A stretch of DNA of 54,971 nt from Candidatus Eiseniibacteriota bacterium (lineage in GTDB: Bacteria; Eisenbacteria; RBG-16-71-46; CAIMUX01; WJJG01). The notes beneath the pieces are model-generated. The model saw only the letters and a program-made list of their open reading frames with translations, did no database searches and had not been told where the DNA came from. A program made the translations under genes and the position numbers. Below are positions 38,884 to 47,388 of this stretch, piece by piece (position 1 is the stretch's first letter; each line of letters starts with the position of its first letter). Location: assembly GCA_043806645.1 (NCBI GenBank), contig JAZDGX010000197.1, positions 1 to 54,971 of the forward strand, in the 5' to 3' direction.

Positions 38884-40197
38884 ATGAAGCGCATTCCTTT
38901 GATTCTCCTGGCACTCTGCATCGCCGGTGTCGCCGCCCAAGCAGACACGTGGAACGTCGATCAAGGAGGAGCCGGTGATTTCATCACAATCCAACAGGCC
39001 ATTGACGCCGCGGAATCAGGAGATGAAATCGTGGTCAGCCCCGGGACCTATGTCGAGAACATCAACTTCCTGGGCAAGGATCTCCACATTCATAGCTCGG
39101 ACGGACCGGCGATGACCGTAATCGACGGCGGCGCCGGCCTTCCGGGTTCGGCGTCCTGCGTCACCATGCAGTCTGGGGAATCGCTCAATGCGATCCTCCA
39201 GGGCTTCCTTCTTACGGGAGGACTTGGATCCACGTATCCAGGGGTCGTCGAGGAGACCCTGATCGATCCAATGGTGGGAGGCGGCGTCTACTGCCACAAT
39301 GCCTCCGGGACGATCATCGGCTGCCGGATAAACGAGAATCAGACCGACTACGCTGCGGGGATATTCGTGCGCAATGCCACAATGATCATCACGGGATGCA
39401 CGTTTGAGAGCAATTACGCCCAGACGTATGCGAGTGCCGTCGGCGGGCTGGAGTCCGATGTCACAATCGGGGGTTGCGCGTTTCTGTCCAATCAGGCCGT
39501 CGCCGGCGACGGTGCCATTCACTTGCTGGCTCCTGCGTTGATTTCGGAGTGCGTCTTTCGCAATAATCAAGCGCGAGCTGGCGGCGCAATCAATGTCCCT
39601 CAGTACGGGGCAGATCTTGAGATCCGCAATTGCATCTTTCAGGGAAACGCGGCGACCGGGACGCACGGTGGCGCGATTCGCATCCATGAGGCCGGTCCGC
39701 TCGTCGAAGACTGCCTTTTCATCGACAATCACGCTGCGGTAGACGGCGGGGGTCTGCTCGCCATCGACGGAGGATCCGCCACAATCCGCAACTGCACTTT
39801 CCACGCAAACGGCGCGGGCCGGCACGGCGGAAACATCGCTCTATATGATGATGCCTCACCGGCGATCCGCAACTGCATTATCACAGGGGCAGCTGCGAAC
39901 GGTGGGTTGTTCTGCTCCTTTGCCTATCCAAGCCTGTACTGCAATGATGTCTGGGGCAATACAGACGGCGACTACGTCGGGATCTCCGATCCCACGGGAG
40001 CGGATGGCAATATCTCGGCAGATCCTTTATTCTGCGATCCGGAAGCTGAGGATTTCAGCATCGACGGGGAGTCTCCGTGCGCTCCGGAGCACAATCCCGC
40101 CTGCGGGCTGATAGGTGCCTTCGGGGTCGGATGTGACGAACCGCCCACGGGGACGAACGAAATCAGTTGGGGTGGCCTGAAAGCGCTCTTTCAATGA
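38884..40197 (+). CDS. Secreted right-handed parallel beta-helix repeat protein with a C-terminal SWGxxKALFQ tag
   Basis: GGAGGTGGAGAG RBS. Signal peptide ...GVAAQA|DT. Repeated motifs hydrophobic-x-(N/G)C-x-F-x-x-N-x-A...GGA(I/V) (e.g. IRNCIFQGNAATGTHGGAI, IRNCTFHANGAGRHGGNI). Lower GC than the flanks. Confidence 0.8.
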   Translation: MKRIPLILLALCIAGVAAQADTWNVDQGGAGDFITIQQAIDAAESGDEIVVSPGTYVENINFLGKDLHIHSSDGPAMTVIDGGAGLPGSASCVTMQSGESLNAILQGFLLTGGLGSTYPGVVEETLIDPMVGGGVYCHNASGTIIGCRINENQTDYAAGIFVRNATMIITGCTFESNYAQTYASAVGGLESDVTIGGCAFLSNQAVAGDGAIHLLAPALISECVFRNNQARAGGAINVPQYGADLEIRNCIFQGNAATGTHGGAIRIHEAGPLVEDCLFIDNHAAVDGGGLLAIDGGSATIRNCTFHANGAGRHGGNIALYDDASPAIRNCIITGAAANGGLFCSFAYPSLYCNDVWGNTDGDYVGISDPTGADGNISADPLFCDPEAEDFSIDGESPCAPEHNPACGLIGAFGVGCDEPPTGTNEISWGGLKALFQ

Positions 40198-40275
40198 TCC
40201 AGCGCATCAGGGCGGCGGAAAGGGAGCTTCGCTGATTGGGCGGGGCCGCACCCGGCTGGCGGGGACAAGGAGGTC

Positions 40276-41268
40276 GTGGTGGATTCCGAAGGGAGCGGTC
40301 TCGGTTCGGCCGCTGGAGCAGTCCGCGCAGCACAAGAGGGGGCGGTCCCCGGAGGTGTCCTGAGAGAGACTTGCAGTCTCTGCTCGCACGAAGGACTCGT
40401 GGTACTTCCGTTTCGGTATGCTTTCAAGGGACGGTTCCTGTTCGGCACGCGCTGTCCCTCATGCACTCTCGTCGCGATTGCCCCGCAGCCGACACCACAG
40501 GAGATCAGGGATCTCTACGCTGAGGAATACTTCACCGAGTGCTCCGCGGACGCCGGTGCTCACGGCAAGGAAGCCTACATGGATGAGGCCGCCCACTCGG
40601 TGAAGAGCCGCTTGCGGGCGGCCGCCAGACTCGACCGACTCCTGAGGGCAGGGGCAAACAAACGCGGGAAGCTGTTGGAGGTGGGTTGCGGTCCCGGTTT
40701 CCTCCTCGGCGAACTGCGGCGGCTGGGATGGGACGTCCAGGGTCTCGAGATTTCGGAATACGCTGCGGACTACGCACGCAACAAACTCAAGTTGCATGTG
40801 GTCGTTGGTCCAATTGAGGAGCAGACATTCCCGGCGAACGAATTCGACGCCGTGTTCATGGGTGACGTGCTCGAGCATCTTCCAGAGCCACATCGCTCGC
40901 TCGCAGCGGTCGCCACTTGGATCCGGCCGGGGGGAAGCGTTGCGATCGCCGTGCCATCGACGCTGAGCCTGCTCTCAGCCCAGATCGGCTTGGCGATGTA
41001 CGGAGCTCGCAAGCGTTTCAAGACGCTGCGCATACCGCCGTACCACCTCTTCGAGTACACCCCTCGCACCCTTGGGGCGATGATCGAGAGCGCGGGCCTG
41101 CACGTAATGAAGATCAGACTGTCCGCAGTTCCCCTGAGCAAGATGGGACTGCGGGGCACACTCGTCGAGAACGCCGGTAAGGTCACTCTGCAGATCCTCG
41201 CCCACGCGACCGCGGCGGTTTTCAATCGAGGAGGAGACCGCCTGCTGGTGATTGCCCGAAAGCCGTAG
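40276..41268 (+). CDS. Class I SAM-dependent methyltransferase with an N-terminal Cys4 zinc-ribbon-like motif
   Basis: GTG start after AAGGAGG. CSLCSH...CPSC, then motif I LLEVGCGPGFL. DAVFMGDVLEHL and IRPGGSVAI are also present. Confidence 0.8.
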   Translation: MVDSEGSGLGSAAGAVRAAQEGAVPGGVLRETCSLCSHEGLVVLPFRYAFKGRFLFGTRCPSCTLVAIAPQPTPQEIRDLYAEEYFTECSADAGAHGKEAYMDEAAHSVKSRLRAAARLDRLLRAGANKRGKLLEVGCGPGFLLGELRRLGWDVQGLEISEYAADYARNKLKLHVVVGPIEEQTFPANEFDAVFMGDVLEHLPEPHRSLAAVATWIRPGGSVAIAVPSTLSLLSAQIGLAMYGARKRFKTLRIPPYHLFEYTPRTLGAMIESAGLHVMKIRLSAVPLSKMGLRGTLVENAGKVTLQILAHATAAVFNRGGDRLLVIARKP

Positions 41269-41370
41269 GGCGACCTCTGTATCATGGAGCCTGGTCGTCG
41301 AGCATGATGACTTCGTCCCTCCTCGTCGAATGACTCACGCATGCCCTGAAGGAAGGGCGACAGGCGACCT

Positions 41371-42255
41371 TTGGCCCAGGTATACTCGCCTACTCTCGGT
41401 GCACGACCCGCGCGCGCCGGCCGGACAGTCGGATGCGCGCTGCAGACGTGGCCGGACTCACCGGAGGCGCGGGAAATCGAAACGCGGCACACAGCGGAGG
41501 ACGGGTGCGGGTCTCACGCGTGGTACCGTGAGGTCTTCGGCGAACTCTATCCGCTGCTCTATCCCCATCGCAACGACGAGGCGGCCGCGCACGAGGCGGC
41601 GGCGTTCGTTCGCCTCGTTTCCATCGGCGGGCCCGGGACCCGGGTTCTCGACCTCGCCTGCGGAGCCGCGCGGCACGCCCAGGCGTTGTGCTCATTCGGG
41701 GCCCACGTCTGGGGTCTCGACTTGTCCGCGCACTTGCTGCAACTCGCGGCCAGGCGGGGTTGTCTCGACGGACGCATTGTTCGCGCGGACATGTGCCGGC
41801 TTCCCTTCCGCCCCGCATTCGATCTGGTCGTCAATCTCTTCACGAGCTTCGGGTATTTCCCCGACGATAAGTTGAATGCCGATGTCCTCGGCGAGGTCTT
41901 CCGCGTACTGCTCCCGCGGGGCGTGTTTCTCCTCGATCACCTGAATCGCCCCGCGCTCGAGCGCGCGTTGGTCGCGGAGGACGTGCGCCGGGGCGACGGC
42001 TTTACCATCCGCCAACGCCGGCGCATCGAGGGGCGGCGGATCCGCAAGCGGATCGAGATCTCCTGGGACGACGGTCGCATCCGTGGCCTGGAGGAAGACG
42101 TGCGTCTCTACACGGCGGCCGAGATGAAGCTGCTGCTTCAGGAAGCAGGCTTCTCGCGTGTTCGCTTCTACGGTTCGTTCCAGGGCGACGCCTTGACGGA
42201 GGGCTCGGAACGCATGATCGCCGTGGCCGCGAAGGACCTGGCCGGGAGGACTTGA
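41371..42255 (+). CDS. Class I SAM-dependent methyltransferase
   Basis: Motif I VLDLACGAARHA. VWGLDLS, DLVVNLFTSFGYF and LLPRGVFLLD are also present. The start is uncertain: the track start is a TTG with no clear RBS. Confidence 0.75.
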   Translation: MAQVYSPTLGARPARAGRTVGCALQTWPDSPEAREIETRHTAEDGCGSHAWYREVFGELYPLLYPHRNDEAAAHEAAAFVRLVSIGGPGTRVLDLACGAARHAQALCSFGAHVWGLDLSAHLLQLAARRGCLDGRIVRADMCRLPFRPAFDLVVNLFTSFGYFPDDKLNADVLGEVFRVLLPRGVFLLDHLNRPALERALVAEDVRRGDGFTIRQRRRIEGRRIRKRIEISWDDGRIRGLEEDVRLYTAAEMKLLLQEAGFSRVRFYGSFQGDALTEGSERMIAVAAKDLAGRT

Positions 42256-42447
42256 TCGCGGGCGGGCGCTCGGAGATCATCATCGGGCCCGATACCCGAC
42301 GCCCGGCACTTACCGCCGACGCGCAGGCCCGGGGCCGGTGTCCATCTCGCCCGGACGGGTATCAGGACGATCGGCGGCGCCGGGCGCGAGCGCGGTGATC
42401 CATCAGCGATCGCTCCGCAGAAAAGAGGACAGGAACCTGCGACGGAA

Positions 42448-44049
42448 ATGCCGATGAATGTCAACAATCCCAGATTGACCTTCGAGGTGACCTCGATCGA
42501 TTGGCGGGCTTTCGAGTCCCAGGGCGAGTACACCTTCTGGAATCGTCTGGCCGCCGGCGACGCGGCGCTGGCCGATTTCCCGTTGTTGGGGCCCGCAGCG
42601 CTCGGCAAACCGGGCCGGGACCTCCCGGTCACCGGGTCCCGCTTCCTGGATCGCGAGGCGGTCGCCGGGGAAATCGCCCGGCAAAACCCCGCCTTGCCCG
42701 CCCCCCCGGCCGGCGCGCGCTACATCGTCGCCGGGCAGCAGCCGGGACTTCTGACGGGCCCGCTGTACACGATCCTGAAAGCCGTCTCGGCGATCGGTGC
42801 GGCGCGGCGTCTCGCGGACGCGACGGGCGAGACGATCTTGCCTCTCTTTTGGATCGCCGGAGAGGATCATGACCTCGACGAAGTGAACCGGCTCACGGTG
42901 AATGGGCTGCGCTTCGTCCACGCGCCGCCGGTGGAGCGGACTCGCGGCCGCAAGCCGCAGGTGGCCGACATCCCGCTGCGCGAAGCGCGCGAACCCCTGC
43001 TCGCCTTCCTGCGCTCCGCGCTTCCCGCGACCGAATTCACCGGCTGGGTTCTCGAGGCCGCCGCCGGCCTGGACTTCGCCAACTTCGTGACCGCCTTCCG
43101 GCAGATGATGGACCGGCTGTTCGCGGATTTCGGCTTGCGACAGATCGATCCCATCCCCTTGCGCCCGTTGACCGCACCGGTGCTCGCGGAGCTGGTCGAG
43201 CGATGGGACGGCCTTGAGCACGCCTTCACCTCCGGCTCGGACAAACTGCGCGCACTGGGGATCCGGCCTCCGCTCGAGCGGCTGGGTCTCTATCGAGTCG
43301 ACGAAACCAGGCGCGTTCCGATCGAGGTGGACGCCGCCGGCTTTCGTCTCGACAGCGTTCTCCTGCGGCCGGCGGAACTTGCTGCGCGCATCCGCAGCGA
43401 CCCCTCCCGTTTCTCCGCCGGGGCCGCGCTGCGTCCGCTTTGTCAGGATGGGGCGCTCCCCGTTCTCGCGACCGTCTGCGGCCCCACCGAGCTGGCCTAT
43501 CTCCGACAGATCGACCCGCTTTACGCCGCCGCGGGGCTTCGCCCTTCCTTGCGATTGCCGCGTATCTCGGCCACGTTTCTCGAGCCGGGCATCGCCCGCA
43601 CGGCCGAGAAAGCCGGTCTTGCGCGCGAGCAACTGTTCGCGGACTTCGCCGATCCCGGCTTCGGCGCGGCGGCCGACGGGGATCCCTTGGGCCAACGCAT
43701 CACCGAGCAGACGCGCGCGCTGCTCGAGTCCATCGAGCGCGCCTATCCCGTAGATCCCCCGCGCTGGCTGCGTACGGGCCGCGAGGGAATCGAAGCGGGC
43801 GTCGCGCGCATCCTCTCGGGCCTGCATCGCGAGCGACTAGAGCAGGCCGGCCTGACCCGCGCGCGCCTCGAGAAGATCGCCGGCGCACTCCGTCCCGATG
43901 GCCGCCCGCAAGAGCGGGTCGTCAATGTCGCGCAGTTCCTCAACCTGCACGGCCCCGAGTTCATCACCCGGGCCCTGGCAACGCTGCATCCCTTCTCGAT
44001 GCACCACCAGCTTGTGAAGATTGTCCTCATGAATGGAGATGCGTCATGA
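42448..44049 (+). CDS. bshC: Bacillithiol biosynthesis cysteine-adding enzyme
   Basis: Hallmark segment YIVAGQQPGLLTGPLYTILKAVSAI...LPLFWIAGEDHDLDEVN matches B. subtilis BshC (VVGGQQAGLLTGPLYTIHK...IFWVAGEDHDLDEIN) as I recall it. The length of 533 aa fits. Confidence 0.9.
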   Translation: MPMNVNNPRLTFEVTSIDWRAFESQGEYTFWNRLAAGDAALADFPLLGPAALGKPGRDLPVTGSRFLDREAVAGEIARQNPALPAPPAGARYIVAGQQPGLLTGPLYTILKAVSAIGAARRLADATGETILPLFWIAGEDHDLDEVNRLTVNGLRFVHAPPVERTRGRKPQVADIPLREAREPLLAFLRSALPATEFTGWVLEAAAGLDFANFVTAFRQMMDRLFADFGLRQIDPIPLRPLTAPVLAELVERWDGLEHAFTSGSDKLRALGIRPPLERLGLYRVDETRRVPIEVDAAGFRLDSVLLRPAELAARIRSDPSRFSAGAALRPLCQDGALPVLATVCGPTELAYLRQIDPLYAAAGLRPSLRLPRISATFLEPGIARTAEKAGLAREQLFADFADPGFGAAADGDPLGQRITEQTRALLESIERAYPVDPPRWLRTGREGIEAGVARILSGLHRERLEQAGLTRARLEKIAGALRPDGRPQERVVNVAQFLNLHGPEFITRALATLHPFSMHHQLVKIVLMNGDAS

Positions 44050-44816
44050 ACTTCGATGTGCTCGCCATCGGCGCTCATCCCGACGACGTGGACATGATCT
44101 GCGGCGCGACGCTGGCCAAGCTCGTCGCCCGCGGCAAGAAGATCGCCATCGTCGATCTCACCCGCGGGGAGATGGCCTCGCGCGGCACTCCCGAGATTCG
44201 GGCGCGCGAGGCGCAGGCGGCGGCAGAGACGCTGGGCGTCCACCAGCGGATCATCCTCGACTTGGGCGACGGGCGCCTGGAGAACAACGCCGAGAATCGA
44301 CGCAGCTTGATCGAGGTGATTCGGCGGCTGCGGCCCACCTTGATTCTCACCCACTACTGGGACGATCTGCATCCCGATCACGCCGCCGCCGGGCATCTGG
44401 TGCGCGCCTCGATGTATCCGGTGGGTTTCGCACGCTATCCCGCGGAGGGTGAGCCCTATCGGCCCAATGAAGTTCTCTTCTTCATGGCGCACACGCCCTT
44501 CCAGCCCAGCTTCGTCGTCGATGTCAGCGAATTCCACGCCCAGAAGATGAAAGCGGTGCGCTGCTATGCCTCCCAGTTCTTCCGTGAGGGGGATCCGGGC
44601 GTGCCTACCGGCATCGCGGAGCCGGATTTCCTGATCGCCCTGGAGGCGCGCGCACGCCATTTCGGTTCTCTGATCGGGCGCACCTTCGGCGAGCCCTATC
44701 TCGTCACGCGCGCCGTGCCCATGGCCGATCCGGTCGACCATTACGCCCCCTTTCCGAAGATCTACTCCTCGCGCACGTGGGAACAGCAGGCCGGTCAGAG
44801 AGGAGGGTCGCGTTGA
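44046..44816 (+). CDS. bshB: N-acetyl-alpha-D-glucosaminyl L-malate deacetylase (PIG-L family)
   Basis: ATGA overlap with the bshC stop. Motifs VLAIGAHPDDVDMICGATLAK, IVDLTRGE, DDLHPDHAAAG. Confidence 0.88.
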   Translation: MNFDVLAIGAHPDDVDMICGATLAKLVARGKKIAIVDLTRGEMASRGTPEIRAREAQAAAETLGVHQRIILDLGDGRLENNAENRRSLIEVIRRLRPTLILTHYWDDLHPDHAAAGHLVRASMYPVGFARYPAEGEPYRPNEVLFFMAHTPFQPSFVVDVSEFHAQKMKAVRCYASQFFREGDPGVPTGIAEPDFLIALEARARHFGSLIGRTFGEPYLVTRAVPMADPVDHYAPFPKIYSSRTWEQQAGQRGGSR

Positions 44817-45934
44817 AGATCGTCGTCGCCTGTCATCCGACCCAGGGCGGCTCGGGCATCGTCGCCACCGAACTGGCGACCGCGCTGGCCCGCCGCGGCC
44901 ACGAAGTCCATCTTGCCGCATGGACGCGCCCGTTCCGCCTGGCCGTAGATTCACCCGTCGTGTTCCATCAAATCCAGCTCTTCGACTACCCCCTCTTCCG
45001 CTGCCCTCCGTACGACTATTCCCTCGCCAACAAGGTGGCCGGAATCATCAAGGAACATCACGTCGACATCATCCATGCGCATTATGCGATTCCCCACGCG
45101 ATCATCGCCATGTTGGCGCGGCAGGTGGCCGGTTCGGCAAGGACGCGCATCGTAACGACGCTTCATGGCACGGACATCACGTTGGTCGGAAGCCACGCGG
45201 AATTCTTCGACCTCACCCGCCATGCCATGGAGGAGTCCGATGGGCTGACGGCGGTCTCGCGCTGGCTGCGCGAGCAGACCATGCAGCGCTTCGCGCTCCC
45301 GCGTCCGCCCGAGGTGATCTACAACTTCGTGGACACCACCCGTTTTCATCCGCAGGGCCGCGCAAGCTACCCGGCCGCGGGGGAACCGTTCCACATCGTG
45401 CACGCCAGCAATCTCCGGCCGGTCAAACGCATCACCGATGTCATCCGCGTCTTCGCCGAGGTGCAGAAACACCTGCCGGCGCACTTGACCGTGCTGGGCG
45501 AGGGGCCGGAGAAGGGCCTGGCCGAGGAACTCGCGGCGGAGCTGGGTTTGGAGCGCAAGGTCCGCTTCACGAGCACGGCGGACAGCATGCCGGCCGCGAT
45601 GAAGTCGGCGCACTTGAAACTTCTCTTGAGCGACTACGAATCCTTCGGGCTCGCCGCTCTGGAAGCCATGGCCTGCGGCACGCCCGTGGCGGCGAGCGCG
45701 AGCGGAGGCCTGCCCGAGGTGATCACGCACGGCGAGACCGGCTTGCTCTGCCCGGTCGGTGATGTCGCCTGCATCTCCGGACAGGTCATCGGACTCTTGG
45801 GGGACCGCGCGCGCTGGGAGGCCATGAGCCGAAGCGCGGCCGCCGAGGCCTCGCGGCGCTTCCGCCTGGAGGCGATCCTCCCGCATTACGAAGAGCTGTA
45901 CCAACGGCTTCTGGACGGAAGGGACCGCCGATGA
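44813..45934 (+). CDS. bshA: N-acetyl-alpha-D-glucosaminyl L-malate synthase (GT4)
   Basis: TTG 44813 overlaps the bshB TGA (TTGA), with GAGAGGAGGG upstream. Motifs [65 protein letters not shown]. Colinear with B. subtilis BshA as I recall it. Confidence 0.9.
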   Translation: MKIVVACHPTQGGSGIVATELATALARRGHEVHLAAWTRPFRLAVDSPVVFHQIQLFDYPLFRCPPYDYSLANKVAGIIKEHHVDIIHAHYAIPHAIIAMLARQVAGSARTRIVTTLHGTDITLVGSHAEFFDLTRHAMEESDGLTAVSRWLREQTMQRFALPRPPEVIYNFVDTTRFHPQGRASYPAAGEPFHIVHASNLRPVKRITDVIRVFAEVQKHLPAHLTVLGEGPEKGLAEELAAELGLERKVRFTSTADSMPAAMKSAHLKLLLSDYESFGLAALEAMACGTPVAASASGGLPEVITHGETGLLCPVGDVACISGQVIGLLGDRARWEAMSRSAAAEASRRFRLEAILPHYEELYQRLLDGRDRR

Positions 45935-46569
45935 TCTTCGAACAGATCCGGGTTGGAGGAGATCGCAACTTCGCCTACCTGATCGCCGATGAAGGGGCGC
46001 GCCTCGCGGCGGTCGTCGATCCGGCCTATCGGCCCGAGCTTCTGCTCGACCGCGCCGGCGAACTCGGCCTGGAGATCCGGTATCTGATCAACACGCATGG
46101 GCACGCTGATCACGCCGGAGGCAATCCGACGATCCTGGCGCGCACAAAGGCGCTGCTGTTGGGAGGCGGCCCGAGCGGAGTGCCCGATCGCCACGCCGTC
46201 GCCCTGGGTCGCATCACGCTGACACTGATTCACACGCCCGGGCACAGCGACGACAGCATCTGCGTGCTGGTCGCCGAGCCGGGCTCACCGGGCAAGCTCA
46301 TCACCGGCGACACGCTCTTCGTCGGCAAGGTCGGGGGAACCGATTACGAGGCTGGCGCGCGCGGGGAGTATGACTCGCTCCACCGCAAACTCATGGCGCT
46401 TCCCGACGACACCGAAGTCTGGCCGGGCCACGATGTCGGCACGGCTCCGCACTCGACGATCGGCCACGAGCGGCGTACGAATCCGTTCCTGCTTCGGAAC
46501 ACCTTCGAGGAGTTCATCGACCTGAAGCGCGATTGGCTGGAGTACAAGAGAGCGCACGGGATTGCCTAG
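45931..46569 (+). CDS. MBL-fold metallo-hydrolase (glyoxalase II / thiolesterase-like)
   Basis: ATGA overlap with the bshA stop. Motifs INTHGHADHAGG (HxHxDH), HTPGHS, TGDTLF, WPGHD. Confidence 0.85.
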   Translation: MIFEQIRVGGDRNFAYLIADEGARLAAVVDPAYRPELLLDRAGELGLEIRYLINTHGHADHAGGNPTILARTKALLLGGGPSGVPDRHAVALGRITLTLIHTPGHSDDSICVLVAEPGSPGKLITGDTLFVGKVGGTDYEAGARGEYDSLHRKLMALPDDTEVWPGHDVGTAPHSTIGHERRTNPFLLRNTFEEFIDLKRDWLEYKRAHGIA

Positions 46570-46590
46570 ACCCCCGACCTGGAGCATGCC

Positions 46591-46998
46591 ATGCCTCATG
46601 AGATCTCCCTGGATGAACGGAATGCCGTCGTGCGCGTGCGTGTGAGCGGTGCGGCCACGCACGAGGAACACTTGGCCGCCAGGCTCGAGGCGGCTGGGCT
46701 CTGCCGGGCCAAGGGGTGGCCCCGGATGCTGGTCGATCTCCGAGACCTGAAGACGGCGGAAACGGTCACCACCGTGAGCTGCTTCGAGTTCGGATCCTCC
46801 TACCGCACCGCGGACCTCCCCGATGCCTGCCGCATCGCCCATATTCTGCCCCAAGCGGCCCGGGCACGTAGGGACGTGGAATTCGTAGCCACGGTGGGCC
46901 TGAATCGCGGCATCCTGCTGCGCAACTTCACGGACAGCGATGAAGCGATGCGCTGGCTGGTCCAACCGCCCGGCGCGTCGTCGGAGGCGGTCTCCTGA
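46591..46998 (+). CDS. Hypothetical protein, STAS/SpoIIAA-like fold suspected
   Basis: 135-aa ORF 21 nt after the MBL gene. The pattern V-V-R-V-R-V-S-G...RMLVDLRDL...RIAHILP...RNFTDSDEAMRWL resembles small STAS-like proteins. No motif-level proof. Confidence 0.5.
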   Translation: MPHEISLDERNAVVRVRVSGAATHEEHLAARLEAAGLCRAKGWPRMLVDLRDLKTAETVTTVSCFEFGSSYRTADLPDACRIAHILPQAARARRDVEFVATVGLNRGILLRNFTDSDEAMRWLVQPPGASSEAVS

Positions 46999-47018
46999 TC
47001 ATTTCGATTTCCCGGGCC

Positions 47019-47387
47019 CTACCGGCGCCGCAAGAACGCCCGCAGCCGATTCCACGCCCTGGCCGGCCAGCGCCCCTGCACCGCCGCCCGCTTCGTGATC
47101 CGGCGCATTCGCGCGATACGCACGCGGTTCGATTGATCCGTCGAGGGATGATCGAGCGCCTCGGTGTAGGCATCCAGCGCCGACCGGAACGCGCGCAGGT
47201 GCGCGGCGGGCATCGTGAGGTCGCCCGGACCGGGGCCGACTTTGCTTAGCAGCAGCCGATCCAGCCGGTCCTCGAGATCCCCGATGATCTCGGATCCGCG
47301 CTGATCGTAGACACGCCGGCTGACATACGCGAGCGCCTCGCGCGCGAGTTCCTGGTCTTCGCGGTCCAAGCGGATTTGCGCGGTCAT
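47019..47387 (-). CDS. Hypothetical protein (122 aa, helical, basic C terminus)
   Basis: ATG 47387 lies 1 nt after the ltaE stop (TAGcATG). Only this distal part of track ORF 47019..47882 is free of overlap with ltaE. No recognisable domain. Confidence 0.45.
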   Translation of the reverse strand: MTAQIRLDREDQELAREALAYVSRRVYDQRGSEIIGDLEDRLDRLLLSKVGPGPGDLTMPAAHLRAFRSALDAYTEALDHPSTDQSNRVRIARMRRITKRAAVQGRWPARAWNRLRAFLRRR

Positions 47388-47388
47388 G

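Noticed and set aside
43440-44045. Upstream 202 codons of track ORF 43440..44816 (overlapping bshC in another frame). The same applies to the 5' extensions of ORFs 1119.., 2071.., 3117.., 13668.., 18188.., 48521.., 9909(-), 9531(-), 8985(-), 24994(-) and 48609(-).
   Set aside because: Homology starts at internal ATG/GTG/TTG codons that carry Shine-Dalgarno sequences. The extensions overlap neighbouring genes or spacers and are Arg/Pro-rich junk.
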